Shown here: positions 53,379 through 53,617 of the stretch, in pieces
Layout: each line of letters starts with the position of its first letter
How positions within the stretch are numbered: the stretch's first letter is position 1
Origin: Pseudomonadota bacterium
Lineage (GTDB): Bacteria > Pseudomonadota > Alphaproteobacteria > Rhizobiales > Hyphomicrobiaceae
NCBI GenBank assembly: GCA_039183375.1
Contig: JBCDBQ010000001.1
Location: forward strand, 1 to 53,617
DNA length: 53,617 nucleotides
Direction: 5' to 3'
The notes under the pieces: model-generated
Seen by the model: the letters and a program-made list of their open reading frames with translations, nothing else
The model's database searches: none
What the model was told of the DNA's origin: nothing
Position numbers and translations under genes: made by a program

Positions 53379-53617
53379 ATGAACCACGTTGCGAACACTT
53401 TCCAAAAATCGGCTGCGATGCGACATCCGACGTCGGCACCTGAGACTGACCATCGGAGACCGACAACCTTCCCTTTCTCGGCAATCGTTGGCCAGGAGGA
53501 GATGAAACACGGTATCCTGCTAACGGCAGTCGATCCATCAATTGGCGGCGTGCTCGTTCTCGGCGATCGCGGCACGGGCAAATCAACGGCCGTGCGCGGA
53601 CTGGCGGACTTGTTACC
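53379..53617 (+). CDS. bchI: Magnesium chelatase ATPase subunit I, BchI (5' part, open at window end)
   Basis: It is not in the ORF track because it has no stop in the window. The translation ..[49 protein letters not shown] is the canonical BchI/ChlI N-terminus including Walker A. The start is ATG 53379 (GAGG upstream) or ATG 53418. Confidence 0.9.
   Translation, partial: MNHVANTFQKSAAMRHPTSAPETDHRRPTTFPFSAIVGQEEMKHGILLTAVDPSIGGVLVLGDRGTGKSTAVRGLADLL

Overview
About 80% of this window is an alphaproteobacterial-type photosynthesis gene cluster (PGC), from ~10.2 kb to the right edge, where it is still open. Two blocks lie to its left. (i) A siderophore-uptake module at 0.3-5.9 kb: an AraC-family regulator, a TonB-dependent receptor, and an MFS permease fused to a siderophore-interacting reductase. 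(ii) An integration-type junction at 6.6-10.3 kb: the 3' half of a tRNA (anticodon loop reads UGU, Thr-like; the 5' half is missing), a P4-like tyrosine integrase, a perfect 21-bp x 4.8 tandem repeat, a CBS-domain gene, and ~1 kb with no convincing gene. PGC order: tspO | insertion (MMPL exporter, GT2 glycosyltransferase, SRPBCC-like ORF, pseudoazurin) | crtC-crtD (minus) divergent from crtF-bchCXYZ-pufQBALM (plus) | DUF2306-like membrane ORF | hemA-puhE-acsF-orf113-puhB-puhA-lhaA-bchM-bchL-bchH-bchB-bchN-bchF (minus) divergent from ppaA(aerR)-ppsR (plus) | bchG-pucC-like-bchP | small membrane ORF | dxs (minus) divergent from bchI (plus, partial). PpsR/CrtJ-type TGT-N12-ACA palindromes lie in nearly every PGC promoter or divergent region, in tandem upstream of bchC, and one lies upstream of tspO. 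Within the window acsF is present but bchE is not, and pufC, pufX, puhC, crtE and puc genes are absent. That content points to an aerobic anoxygenic phototroph-like organism with an RC-LH1-only apparatus. Observations worth follow-up: the PGC begins ~2 kb from an integrase/truncated-tRNA junction whose geometry places the island on the PGC side; a periplasmic pseudoazurin is embedded in a PGC that has no RC cytochrome gene; the MFS-reductase fusion; a >=73 nt (formally 220 nt) out-of-frame crtD/crtC overlap; and an orphan minus-strand terminator next to a PpsR box that suggests a small RNA. All calls come from reading the sequence and recalling family motifs. No database search was run.
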